Source of the DNA: Chlamydiales bacterium | Lineage (GTDB): Bacteria > Chlamydiota > Chlamydiia > Chlamydiales > JAAZZY01 | Reading direction: 5' to 3' | DNA: 64,000 nt | Assembly (NCBI GenBank): GCA_965206695.1 | Contig: CBDBKM010000005.1 | Location: forward strand, 32,001-96,000 | Translations under genes and position numbers: made by a program | In this document: piece after piece, positions 32,952 through 43,873 of the stretch | Position numbering within the stretch: position 1 is the stretch's first letter | How the letters are laid out: every line of letters begins with the position of its first letter | Notes under the pieces: model-generated | The model's database searches: none | Told to the model about the DNA's origin: nothing | The model's input: the letters and a program-made list of their open reading frames with translations, nothing else

Positions 32952-34358
32952 TTACAGTTTCACTTCTTCTATTTTTGCTAATATGTCACCATCTGATAAT
33001 TGAATACAAACCACTTGCCTTCGAATAAGATCTCTTGCCGAGACGATAACCGAATCTTTCTTTTCATCAAAGAGAATACTATATCCCTTTTTCAAGAGAT
33101 TTTTTGGATCGATAGAGGTTAAATGTGCAACTAAACGCTTCAATTTCTCTTGATCATTATTCAACTTTCTTACAAGTGTCCTATCTAAATAATCCGTTTT
33201 TTTCAGAATTTCTTCATTATAGAGAACCATCTTGTGTTTCATTTTATTTCGGATATTTTTTTCCCATTGCAACAATTCTTTTCTAAGAGAAAAGACCCGT
33301 TTTAAAGGGTTCAAAACCTCTTTTTGCTTTTTCAGCATATCAAGCTGCAATCGCAATGTCGTGATTCGATTCGTCAGAGCTCCATCTAAACGATTCTGCA
33401 TCTCATCCATACTCTGAAAGTAAGACCCCAAAAGAGCATATGGAGAAGTAAATAACGGCTGTCTTAAAACACCTTTTAATCGATGAGAATCTTTTTTTAC
33501 TAAATGTGTCAGCGTTTGACTCAACCTTTGATGATATTCAAAAAGAAGTTCCAGATACCTCTTTTTTTCTGTTACAACTATTTCTGCAGCAGCTGAAGGT
33601 GTCGGTGCTCTAATATCCGCAACCATATCTGAGATAGAGAAATCCGTTTCATGCCCTACAGCCGAAATAATAGGTATCTCACTTTTAAAAACACTTTCTG
33701 CTACAATTTCTTCATTAAAAGGCCGAAGATCTTCTATGCTTCCTCCACCTCGACCAATAATAATGACATCAACTAATTGATAACGGTTAAATTCATCAAT
33801 TGCCTTTGCAATCTCACCTCCGGCTCCTTGTCCTTGTACGCGTACGGGATTTAAAATAAGGTGAATACCACTATATCTACGCTCTAATACATGCACGATA
33901 TCCTGAATGACAGCGCCGGTGGGGCTCGTCACAACCCCTATACGTTTAGGGAAAAGAGGGAGCGTCTTTTTATGGACCGGATCAAACCAACCTTTTTGTT
34001 TTAATTTTTCTTTTAGTTTTTCAAATTGAATAAGCAACTCACCAAAACCTGCAAACTGCAAATTTCTGGCAATAATCTGATAATTCCCTCTTTTTGGATA
34101 AACATTTATTTCACCTTTGATGATCACTTTATCGCCATTTTTCGGTTGATTCTTCAACCAAGTATTCTCCCCTCGAAACATCACAACGGAAATTTGCGCA
34201 TGTGTATCTTTTAAAGAAAAATAATAGTGACCGGAAGATTGTTTTGTAAAATTAGTAATTTCACCTTGCACACAGATAAATGAAAAATTAGTTTCTAAAT
34301 GATATTTGATAGCCTGTGTCAGCTGAAAAACAGATAATATCAATGAATCTTGTTTCAT
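32952..34358 (-). CDS. xseA: Exodeoxyribonuclease VII large subunit
   Basis: SGHYYFSLKD, GRGGGSIEDL, SAVGHETD, APTPSAAAE. Confidence 0.96.
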   Translation of the reverse strand: MKQDSLILSVFQLTQAIKYHLETNFSFICVQGEITNFTKQSSGHYYFSLKDTHAQISVVMFRGENTWLKNQPKNGDKVIIKGEINVYPKRGNYQIIARNLQFAGFGELLIQFEKLKEKLKQKGWFDPVHKKTLPLFPKRIGVVTSPTGAVIQDIVHVLERRYSGIHLILNPVRVQGQGAGGEIAKAIDEFNRYQLVDVIIIGRGGGSIEDLRPFNEEIVAESVFKSEIPIISAVGHETDFSISDMVADIRAPTPSAAAEIVVTEKKRYLELLFEYHQRLSQTLTHLVKKDSHRLKGVLRQPLFTSPYALLGSYFQSMDEMQNRLDGALTNRITTLRLQLDMLKKQKEVLNPLKRVFSLRKELLQWEKNIRNKMKHKMVLYNEEILKKTDYLDRTLVRKLNNDQEKLKRLVAHLTSIDPKNLLKKGYSILFDEKKDSVIVSARDLIRRQVVCIQLSDGDILAKIEEVKL

Positions 34359-34555
34359 AAATCCTCTATAAAATGTCTAAATTTACAATTATCTTCAAAA
34401 AACATTAAACCAAATAACTTATCATGATAATAAGATTAACTCTTCAAAACAAACTTTTTTATTTAGATCTCTATCTTTTTTGATAAAATAGGTTGAAATT
34501 CTACGCATGCAAGGGTATCATATTTATCTTTAAACGATGGTTAGTTTTTATTGAC

Positions 34556-35317
34556 ATGCAAAGAATGCAAATCATTACAGGTAACTGGAAGATGTATAAA
34601 ACTATTGAGGAAACTCTTACTTTTGTGCAGCAGTTAATCCCTATGCTTGATGCCTGTTATCAAGAAATATTTTTAGCAACGCCTTTTACTGCCCTCTCTG
34701 CTGCTGCAATAGCCGCTAACGGCAGCCCTTTAATTATTGGAGCGCAAAATATGCATGAAAAGGAACAGGGTGCCTACACCGGTGAGATTTCCCCTTTAAT
34801 GCTTAATGACGCAGGAGCTAAGTTCGTCCTCATTGGACATTCAGAGAGAAGATACTATTTTAATGAGACCGATGATCTCATCAATGCTAAATTGAAAACT
34901 GCATTATTAAACGGGCTTACTCCGACTTTTTGTATAGGAGAATCACTTGAAGATTTTGAAGCGAAGCGAACACATGATATATTGGCTTCTCAATTAACTA
35001 ATGGATTAAAAAATTTTTCTAAAGAAGAAATTGCTAATATCATTTTAGCATATGAGCCCGTATGGGCTATTGGCACAGGAAAAACGGCGACAGCAGATAT
35101 CGCTCAAACGGCCCATAAATTTTGCCGTGAGTTCGTTGCCAAAAACTGGGACCAAGAGGTTGCTGATCATTTGACTATTCAATATGGCGGTTCAGTTAAA
35201 CCTGATAATATTAAAGAATTACTTGATGAAGATGATATCGATGGAGCTCTTATTGGAGGAGCCTCATTAGATATTGACTCTTTTAAATTGATTATTAATA
35301 ACTTAAAGGAATCTTGA
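34556..35317 (+). CDS. tpiA: Triosephosphate isomerase
   Basis: GNWKM, IGHSERR, AYEPVWAIGTG, YGGSV. Confidence 0.97.
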   Translation: MQRMQIITGNWKMYKTIEETLTFVQQLIPMLDACYQEIFLATPFTALSAAAIAANGSPLIIGAQNMHEKEQGAYTGEISPLMLNDAGAKFVLIGHSERRYYFNETDDLINAKLKTALLNGLTPTFCIGESLEDFEAKRTHDILASQLTNGLKNFSKEEIANIILAYEPVWAIGTGKTATADIAQTAHKFCREFVAKNWDQEVADHLTIQYGGSVKPDNIKELLDEDDIDGALIGGASLDIDSFKLIINNLKES

Positions 35318-35617
35318 ATGACCTTTATTTATTTTTCGAGCCTTATTATTTTTATACTTTTATGTATTCTTCTCTGTTTTGTCATTCTCCTTCAAGAGAG
35401 CAAAAGCATGGGAATGGGAGCCTCCTTTGGAGGAGACAGCTCTGATTCCTTATTTGGTACAGCGACAGCGGATATTTTAAAAAAATTCACCGCATGGCTG
35501 GCTTTTGCCTTTTTAATTGCTTGTGTCTTCTTATCTTCTTGGACAGCGGCAATGGGTAGAGTTACAACAAAATCAGCAACTGTTGCCATTGAAGAATCAA
35601 TCACTTTGCCGGAATAA
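35318..35617 (+). CDS. secG: Preprotein translocase subunit SecG
   Basis: ILLQESKSMGMGASFGG between two TM helices; follows tpiA. Confidence 0.92.
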   Translation: MTFIYFSSLIIFILLCILLCFVILLQESKSMGMGASFGGDSSDSLFGTATADILKKFTAWLAFAFLIACVFLSSWTAAMGRVTTKSATVAIEESITLPE

Positions 35618-35632
35618 AGGTCTCGTTGTTTT

Positions 35633-36163
35633 ATGATATTAGAACTTGCCTATTATGATGATCCTTTCCTAAGAAAGAAGGCTCTGCCGGTAGACGAAAT
35701 CACCGATGATGTCAGAGAGTTTATAGCCAATTTGATAGAGACTATGCAGAACTTTTCAAATGGCATTGGATTAGCTGCCACTCAAGTAAAAAGTTTATAT
35801 CGAATTTTTGTTATTTGCCCTCTAACAGAAAATGTTGAGGGTAAGACACATATAGGGCATCCTGAGGTTTTTATTAATCCTGTTCTTTCTGAACCCGAAG
35901 AAAAAACTGAAGTAATTACAGAAGGATGTCTTTCATTTCCGGGGCTTTATGTCCCTATTCAAAGACCCTTAGCCATTACGGTTGAAGCTCAAGATCCGGA
36001 AGGCAATTCCTTCAAAAAAAGATTTACAGGCTATGTTGCCAGACAAATCATGCATGAGAACGATCATTTAAATGGTGTTCTATATATTGATAGGTTAAAA
36101 ATTAAAGAACGTCAATCGATTGAATCCAAGCTAGCCGCCATAAAAAAACAGTTTAGAAAGTAA
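35633..36163 (+). CDS. def: Peptide deformylase
   Basis: GIGLAATQV, EGCLS, HENDHLNG. Confidence 0.97.
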   Translation: MILELAYYDDPFLRKKALPVDEITDDVREFIANLIETMQNFSNGIGLAATQVKSLYRIFVICPLTENVEGKTHIGHPEVFINPVLSEPEEKTEVITEGCLSFPGLYVPIQRPLAITVEAQDPEGNSFKKRFTGYVARQIMHENDHLNGVLYIDRLKIKERQSIESKLAAIKKQFRK

Positions 36164-36212
36164 TTTTTTTAAATATTAATCTCTAAAAATCAATTACCCG
36201 AATATTATACTT

Positions 36213-37311
36213 CGCCCTTTCAACATCGAAGTGCAACAAACCGCTACAAATTAAACTTGTCTGAAGGTGGTAAAAAATCTCCTATGGTAAACGTAAGAAA
36301 ACCAAGGAGGAAAGATGCCAAACGGCTACCGTCACTTAAACAAAGACAAGAGATGCCAATTGTATACCTTAATAAGAAGAGGAGATCCTATCACCTTAAT
36401 TTCCAATGAGTTAAACGTAAATCGATCGACTGTTTATCGCGAGCTAAAACGAAATTGTGGAAAGCGTGGATATCGGTATCAACAGGCTCAAGAGAAGGCT
36501 TTAAAGAGACGAGGCTCAAAAACTCAACAACGAAAGATGAGCAGTGTAATGATTGCCATTATCGAAGAGAAGTTAAGCGTGCAGTGGAGCCCCGATCAAA
36601 TATCGGGATGGCTGAAGAAGAAAGGGTATCAAGAAGCTGTAAGCCATGAGACAATCTATAACTATGTTTGGGAGGACAAAAAAAGAGGAGGCTTGTTGTA
36701 TAAACACCTTAGACATAGTGGGAAGAAATATAACAAGCGAGGTAAAAATAGGGCCGGACGAGGATGTATTCCCGGACGGACAGATATTTCTGAAAGGCCT
36801 GATATCGTAGAGAAGAAAACTCGTTTAGGCGATTGGGAACTAGATACAATCATAGGAACAGAAGGGAGCGGAGTCATTGTCTCAATGGTCGAAAGAGTCT
36901 CAAAGCTAACAAAACCGGAAAAAGTCTCGCGTAAAACCGCTGAGGAAGTAAAGGATGCGCTAGTAAACAGGTTAAGACCGGTCCAAAAATTTGTCATGAC
37001 ATTAACTGCTGACAACGGGAAAGAATTTACTTACCATAAACAAGTGAGCCAATTACTTGAGACAAGTTTTTACTTTGCTACCCCCTATCATTCGTGGGAG
37101 AGAGGGCTGAACGAGCATACGAATGGACTCGTTCGACAATATCTCCCTAAAAATAAACGGTTTGATGAAGTCTCAGCAGGTAATTTAAAAAAGATTGAGA
37201 ACTTGCTTAACAATAGACCCCGAAAAGTGTTAAACTTTTCAACACCGGAGGAGGTGTTTAACCGTCTCAGTAAGGAAGCAGCGAGTGTTGCACTTCGATG
37301 TTGAAAGGGCG
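36213..37311 (+). mobile_element. IS30-family element with transposase ORF 36315-37304
   Basis: 26 bp perfect TIRs CGCCCTTTCAACATCGAAGTGCAACA; CTT duplication; GDWELDT, DNGKEF, WERGLNE motifs. Confidence 0.96.
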
Positions 37312-37369
37312 CTTAAATACCCGAATATTATACTTAAAAACGCCCCCTCCTTAAATATTCAAAAAAAAT

Positions 37370-37411
37370 CTTATATGCTTTTACTTATATGCTTTTACTT
37401 ATATGCTTTTA
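37370..37411 (+). repeat. 14 bp intergenic tandem repeat x3
   Basis: cttatatgctttta three times. Confidence 0.9.
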
Positions 37412-37601
37412 ATTTATTTATTAAAAACAAATACTCAATAAATAAAATATTGACAAACTTTATTAAATACATTAAAATTAAGCAGCAAAAGCAATCAAAA
37501 ACACATAAAAACTTGATAGTTTAAAATATTAATAAAAATTAATTGGAGAAAAAAAATATGTTTATAGTAAAAAACACCAAAATCAGCGGTTAATCAGTAC
37601 G

Positions 37602-38564
37602 TTGTTCCCTCCGGATACGAGAGATCCATCGCAGTCACAAACTCATCAACAACCTACTTGGCTAAGCTCGAAGGGAGCTTTGAAGGTAGCTTCGATAGCA
37701 ATAAGTCATATCCCAAAACCGGGGGAACAAGGACCTCATATCCCAAAACCGGGGGAACAAGGACCGAAGAAATTAATTATGCCGATAACTACGCATTCGG
37801 GCTCTATAGGTGGGCTATTTAACGAGAACGAGTCGGAACTTGAGGTATTTTCGGAAACATCACCTCCACCCTCTCCGGTAACATCACGTCCACCCTCTCC
37901 GGTAACATCACGTCCACCCTCTCCGGTAACATCAGGTCCAGTCTTTTCGGAGAAAGATTTCTTATTCTCACAGCCAGTGTTCCAACAAATAGCCTTAGAG
38001 CAGTATTTCCGCCAGCTATTGCCTGGTTTTTCCGAACCAGATATAAAGAGTATGGCTAGAAATACGATACATGACAATTCAGATATCCGCCACATACTTG
38101 ATACCTATTATAATAAACAGCAAATGGTAAAGCCAATGGAAAAGACACCCAAATTGGGGATCCAAAAACCGGTTGCACAATCTTGGAGCGAGAGCTACCC
38201 AAAGGCAATGTATTGCTTGAGGCTCGGCCCGGTTGTTGATGGTGCTTCTCTTCTTAAAAATACCGGTCAAACTATTCTGAGTGCCGGTAAAGCTATTCTG
38301 AAGAATCAAACAGTTCAGACAGTAGCAGCGACAGTAGCAGTGACAGTATTAGCAATAATAGCAGGAGAATCCTTCACCGGCCGAAACATGACTCAGACTG
38401 CCGGTAATCTTTATTGTGGCTCATTAGCAAACGTATCTTATTTAGGTGCTTATTGTGGTAATGGCACTACTAATTCTAATATAACTGCTAATAATACAAC
38501 TGCCGGTTTTAATACAACTGCCGGTTTTAATACAACTGCTAATAATACAACAGCTAATTTGTAA
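37602..38564 (+). CDS. Repeat-rich hypothetical protein with C-terminal hydrophobic segment; true start may be ATG 37558 with a homopolymer frameshift
   Basis: 30 bp x2 (37706-37765), 24 bp x3 (37866-37934) and 18 bp N/T-rich repeats (about 38480-38555); GGAG before 37558. Confidence 0.7.
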   Translation: MFPPDTRDPSQSQTHQQPTWLSSKGALKVASIAISHIPKPGEQGPHIPKPGEQGPKKLIMPITTHSGSIGGLFNENESELEVFSETSPPPSPVTSRPPSPVTSRPPSPVTSGPVFSEKDFLFSQPVFQQIALEQYFRQLLPGFSEPDIKSMARNTIHDNSDIRHILDTYYNKQQMVKPMEKTPKLGIQKPVAQSWSESYPKAMYCLRLGPVVDGASLLKNTGQTILSAGKAILKNQTVQTVAATVAVTVLAIIAGESFTGRNMTQTAGNLYCGSLANVSYLGAYCGNGTTNSNITANNTTAGFNTTAGFNTTANNTTANL

Positions 38565-38593
38565 ATAATTAATTTTTTTAATCAAATTAATTC

Positions 38594-38630
38594 AAAAAAC
38601 CAACAGAGAAAACTCTGTTGGTTTTTTTTT
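38594..38630 (+). terminator. Intrinsic terminator, possibly bidirectional
   Basis: aaaaaaccaacagag-aaaa-ctctgttggttttttttt perfect hairpin with T tract. Confidence 0.88.
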
Positions 38631-38700
38631 CTGCCTTCATACTTTTTAAAAAATACTCGGAGTCTCTAAAATTCGGGCTTTAGTTCTTTCAAGGTTTTAT

Positions 38701-39391
38701 ATGCGTCTTATCATTATCATACAAGCCAGGATGGGTTCCGGTAGACTTAAAGGAAAAAACTCTACGATCTATCTTAAAAAAGCCTCTTTTATACTATGTT
38801 GTGCATCGTTTGCAAATGATGGATACTCATCCTTTTATCGTTGTTGCTACGACTCATAAAGAAGAAGATAAGGCAATTGTAGACTATTGCCTAGATAATG
38901 CAATAGAGGTCTTTAAAGGCAATGAGAACGACGTTTTAGCAAGATTCTATGAAACAGGTAAGTATTACCAAGCAGATGCTATTGTGCGTATAACAGCAGA
39001 CTGCCCTCTAATAGACCCAAAGGTGACAAGTGAAGTTATCGAACATTTTACTTATCATTATCCAAAATACGACTATGTCTCAAATGTCATACCTAAAAGG
39101 ACGTATCCTAAAGGACTGGATACGGAGGTCTTTAAGTTCTCTTCTTTAGAAAGAGCATATCTAGAAACTTCTTTACCATTTGATAGAGAACATGTAACCC
39201 CCTATTTTTATCAAAACCCGGATATTATCAATTTATCAGGAGTTTGCTTAAAACATAATTATGCCGGATATAATATTTCAGTAGATACTTATCAGGATTT
39301 TAAGAAGGTAAAAGAAATATTTGAATACTTCCATCCTCTGCAACCTGACTTTAATGATGTCGTTGTTTTTCTTAATTCGAAAAAAAATTGA
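38701..39391 (+). pseudogene. SpsF-like cytidylyltransferase, +1 frameshift at A6 38754-38759
   Basis: IIQARMGSGRLKGK joins RITADCPLIDP, YPKGLDTE, REHVTPY. Confidence 0.85.
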
Positions 39392-39427
39392 CTTTTCTTT
39401 TCTTTTTTTTTGACGTATCATGCCTGT

Positions 39428-40988
39428 ATGCTAAAAGACATTGCACTCCGGCCAATAAAAGGCACAGACTCAGAAATTAGCCGAATCCTGAAATGGCGAA
39501 ATGATTTGGTTACCAGAAGCATGTCTTTTCATGGGGAGTTAAAATCTTATGCCGATTTTAAAAAAGAGTTTTATAAACGTTACTTTGAGTTAAATAAGCT
39601 ACCCCCTTTTTTTATTGTATATCATCAAGAGCCTATCGGAGTTATTTTTTTCTCTTCATTTTCCCAACAAGATGCTTGCCTTGTTTCCATCAATCTTGAT
39701 TCAGATAAAAGAAATAAGGGGTTAGGCTCTGATACTTTAAAAAAAAATTCAAAGCTATGTCAAAAAAAAAGGCTATCGCTATATCTATGCTTTCATTAAA
39801 ACAGAAAACATACGAGCTATAAAAGCCTTTGAAAAAGCAGGATTCTATTTGAGAGAGAAAAAGCAAAAAATTCAGGATAATAACGACTGTGTAGACATCT
39901 GCCTCTATTCTATTGATTTAAAGAAAAAAGACTCTGTTTTTATTATTGCCGAAGCCGGGGTAAACTGGCGATTGGGATCTATAGAAAATGATAGAGCCAT
40001 GGCTAAGCTGTTAATTGAATTAGCAAAAGAAGCAGGAGCCGATGCTATTAAATTCCAGCTCTACCATCCTGAAGGAGTCTATGTTCCCAACGCAGGAAAA
40101 GCTTCCTATCTAACAAAAAATGGGGTAGATAAGGATATTAATACCCTTTTTGCCGAATATGCATTGCCGGCTGACCGGATTGCGGAATTAGCTGAGTATG
40201 CTTATACTTTAGATATCGAATTTATGTGTTCTTCGTTTTCTAAGAAAGACTTTTTAGCAATCAATCCCTTTGTTACAAGACATAAAATCGCCTCATACGA
40301 AATCACTCACTTGCGTTTGATTGAATTGGCTGCACAATCCAATAAACCTCTTATCTTATCTACAGGAGCCAGCTCGGAAGCCGATATTGCCTGGGCAGTT
40401 AGTACTTTTAAAAAACACGGAGGAAAAGACCTCACTTTAATGCAGTGTACGGCTCAATACCCTGCCGATCCTGAAAGCATGCAATTACAAACGATTTCCC
40501 GGCTAAAGAATCGTTTTGGATCCACTGTAGGACTCTCTGATCACTCTGAGCATCCTTTGCATGCTCCCTTAGCAGCGGTTGCAATAGGTGCAAAGGTGAT
40601 AGAAAAACACTTTACAATCGATAAACGTCTACCCGGGCCCGATCATTTTTTTGCTATCACTGATTCTCAGTTAAAAGAGATGGTAGGCGCTATTCGTCAA
40701 GTAGAGAAGATGTTAGGAGAAGAGAGAAAATGTGTTTTTGAAAAAGAAAAGGAGCTCTATAGTTTTGCCAAGCGGGGTATACAAGCTATCAAACCTATTT
40801 CTAAAGGCGATATTTTAAAAGAAGGTATAAACATTGATATCTTGCGAGCAGGCGTTCAACCACGAGGCCTTCACCCTAAATATCTTACTGAAATAGAAGG
40901 GAAAAAAGCTGAAAAATCAATTTTATTAGGTCATGGAATACAAATAGGGGATTGGAATGAAAACCAGCTTAAAAGCACTGTTCGTTGA
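39428..40988 (+). CDS. GNAT N-acetyltransferase (PseH-like) plus NeuB/PseI-type synthase, one fused gene split by +1 at A9 39739-39747
   Basis: LKWRND..TRSMSF; GNAT tail NIRAIKAFEKAGF lies in the NeuB frame; IIAEAGVN, ADAIKFQ, GLSDHS, IEKHFT. Confidence 0.85.
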
Positions 40989-41595
40989 TTTAGATGGCAC
41001 GTTAGTTGATAGCCTCCCTTTTTTAAAGAAGACATTTAAAAGATTTTTGAAAAAATATGGGATACTCCCACCTCTTCAAGATTTTCAAATGTATAATGGT
41101 CTTTGTTTGCAGACAATCATCCAAATACTTCGTAAAAAACATTCACACCTTCCTTCCCAAGATGAGCTGTTGAAGGAGTATCAGACTCATTTACAAAATA
41201 GCTATTTAACACTTCCTCTGCATAACGGGGCCGGGCTTTTTTTAGAATATGCTTATAAAAGAGGGTTAAATCTCATATTAGTAACCGCAGCTCCCTATAA
41301 GCTTGCCAAATGTTTTTTAAAAAGCCATAACATCATGCATTACTTTCAATCGATTCAAACCAATGACTGTTTAAAAATAGCAAAGCAAGATCCTGCCTTT
41401 TATAAACAGGTATTGTCAAAATATGCTCTTGCTGCAAATGAAGTTCTTTTGATTGAAGATTCGATGAAAAATATTTTAGCTGCTAATTTGGCCGGAATGA
41501 AAAGTATGCTAATCGCTCATAGGGCTTTTTTTCATCCTCTGCCCTCTCATAATAATTTTAAAACACTCAAACACTTATTAAGCTTGCAACCATGA
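40957..41595 (+). CDS. HAD-family phosphatase
   Basis: DLDGTLVDS, K.DP, IEDS motifs. Confidence 0.9.
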   Translation: MKTSLKALFVDLDGTLVDSLPFLKKTFKRFLKKYGILPPLQDFQMYNGLCLQTIIQILRKKHSHLPSQDELLKEYQTHLQNSYLTLPLHNGAGLFLEYAYKRGLNLILVTAAPYKLAKCFLKSHNIMHYFQSIQTNDCLKIAKQDPAFYKQVLSKYALAANEVLLIEDSMKNILAANLAGMKSMLIAHRAFFHPLPSHNNFKTLKHLLSLQP

Positions 41596-42338
41596 CATCA
41601 GACTTAAATCTTAAAACGTATCCCGTCACCGAAACGTTTTCTGTCATCAATCAAGAGAAAAGTTTTTCCTATAATGATAAAGAATCTCATTTTATTGATG
41701 AGAATTGGAAAACCCTTTTAAAAACAAGCCACAAATCTTTATTTAACGGTCAAATTTTTTGCATCGACACATTTGATTCTGAATTACTTATAGGATTCTA
41801 TGTTGAATACAAACAATTCCTGGCTCATAGAATAAACCCTAAGCTGAAAAAAAAATATCCCTTAATCTCCCTAGGCGTTAGCGGTATCACATTTTTTAAA
41901 GACCATCTTCTTTTTGGGACGCGTTCGAATCAAGTCTATTCATATAATAAATATCTGGAGTTGGCTCCTTCCGGAAATGTGGATGACAGCTGCAAACAAG
42001 GTGATAATATACTTTATCGTAAGCAGCTATTATTAGAATTGGAACAAGAGACAACGATTGCATCGAAATATGTCACAACACTTACACCCTTTACGCTTCT
42101 TTATGATAGGCAAGAAGAGTATTATGATATTTGCATGCTCGTCATACTCGATGATAACTGCCCAATAAGTACAGAGCCTAATGACGAGTATGACTCTCTT
42201 TCTTTGCTTTCCTTAAAAGAGCTCCCTCGCTTTCTGGAATCGAAAAAAAATAATATTATACCCCCCTCCTTAGCTGTGCTAAAACTCTCTTATATTAAAG
42301 ATACAATCGCAAAAATTTTACTTGCATACGGTGACTAA
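41592..42338 (+). CDS. Hypothetical NUDIX-like protein
   Basis: LFNG, LGVSG, ELAPSG..D, ELEQET degenerate Nudix box. Confidence 0.6.
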   Translation: MTSDLNLKTYPVTETFSVINQEKSFSYNDKESHFIDENWKTLLKTSHKSLFNGQIFCIDTFDSELLIGFYVEYKQFLAHRINPKLKKKYPLISLGVSGITFFKDHLLFGTRSNQVYSYNKYLELAPSGNVDDSCKQGDNILYRKQLLLELEQETTIASKYVTTLTPFTLLYDRQEEYYDICMLVILDDNCPISTEPNDEYDSLSLLSLKELPRFLESKKNNIIPPSLAVLKLSYIKDTIAKILLAYGD

Positions 42339-42430
42339 CTGCCTTAAAAGGCATGTTGATTAAATTGGTTGATATCCAATGAGTTCACACATTTAATTAT
42401 AAGTAACTGTTTTCTTCATTACTTTCTCAC

Positions 42431-43873
42431 CTTACGCAAAGGTGACGTAAAGAAAGTTTTTTATTTTTATAATTTTTTCTCTAATTATGAGGAAAAAATA
42501 TGGAGTTTATTCATTATAGTGAATAAACTTTAATTTTTCTTTTATATATGTTATTTTTTTGACATGGCATATTCAACTGATTTAAGACAAAAGGCTTTAG
42601 CCTATATAGAAGGAGGAGGCTCTCAGGTAGAGGCCGGGCGTATTTTTGGTGTAACAACACGTACTTTATTGAATTGGATAAATAGAAAAAAAGCAGGTCG
42701 TTTAGCTGCCGCGACAACAAGAAAACGCAAACCTTATAAAATTGACGGAGATAAACTGAATCATTATATTGAAAAGCATCCTGACAGCTATTTGAGAGAA
42801 ATAGCTGCTGTTTTCAGTGTATCCGTTAACGCCATATGCAAAGCATGTAAGCGCTTAAAGATCACTTTAAAAAAAAGACGCCCTTCTACAGGGAACGGGA
42901 TGAGAAAAAAAGAGAGGTGTTTCAAAAAGAGTTAAAGCACATCCCTCCTGAAAATAGAGTCTATATTGATGAAAGCGGTATCAATGAATATCTCGATCGT
43001 CAACATGGCAGAGCTTTGAAGGGAAAATTGATTTATGGAGCCGTATCAGGTCATCGTTATCAGAGGGAAAGCTTTATAGCAGCAAAAAATGAATCACGTA
43101 TTTTTGCTCCCTTTTGTTATACTGGTACTTGCAATACGCTATTATTCAATACATGGCTTGAGCAGGTACTTATTCCTGAATTGAAGCCCGGGCAGGTTGT
43201 TATTATGGATAATGTAAGTTTTCACAAGTCTAAGGAAACCATAGACATTATCCAAAGCAAAGGGTGCCGTATTTTATTTCTGCCTCCTTATTCTCCTGAT
43301 CTAAATCCAATTGAGCAATTTTGGGCAAATTTTAAAAGAAAAATAAAAGAAACTCTTAAGCTCTATTCAGGGTTAGCAGAAGCTATCGATAGTGCTTTTG
43401 TTGAGGTGTGTAATATATGAAATATTAAAGTTTATTCACTATATGATACAGATAAGAAATTTATTTTAGGCATGAAGTCCAACAGACTCATCGCTTTCTC
43501 AGAAGAAGCAAGAAAAAAAGGTCAGTATCACAATCTTGAATCGGTTAATTTCAAGGATGGAGAAAAAAAGATAGTCCGGCTTAAAGATTTATCTTTTCCC
43601 GTTTCCTTAGTGAAAAAAGTCTTCAAAAACGAAGATAATTCCACGGGGACTCTATACCTTGTGAGCAACGACTTAAACCATGATACTGACTCATTCTATG
43701 AGATCTACAAAAAACCATATTTTTGCATCTCTTATATCTTATTGCAAGCCGGAATTTTTAAAAATTAAAACCCATCTTAACCATTTTGCCCTAAAATACA
43801 AATTATTGATCAAAGCAAATCAGGCTACCTTTCATGAGCCGGAAAAATTATATGCTATTTGATTTTGCGTAAC
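42431..43873 (+). mobile_element. Internally deleted IS701-like remnant interrupted by IS630
   Basis: TTACGCAAA / TTTGCGTAA ends; MEFIHYD..MKSNR..KVFKNED..LYLVSND..LNHFALK fragments flank the IS630. Confidence 0.7.
42515..43443 (+). mobile_element. Second IS630 type, apparently intact, two ORFs joined at an A8 frameshift site
   Basis: 20 bp perfect TIRs TATAGTGAATAAACTTTAAT; ORFs 42564-42935 (MAYSTDLR) and 42917-43420 (DESG, DN, PPYSPDLNPIE). Confidence 0.95.

Noticed and set aside
36195..37335. 18 bp target-site duplication for IS30
   Set aside because: The right copy is offset by CTTAAA; a 3 bp duplication inside a prior 21 bp tandem repeat explains it exactly
37370..37934. Short repeats as a CRISPR array
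   Set aside because: Repeats are directly tandem with no unique spacers, and no cas genes are present
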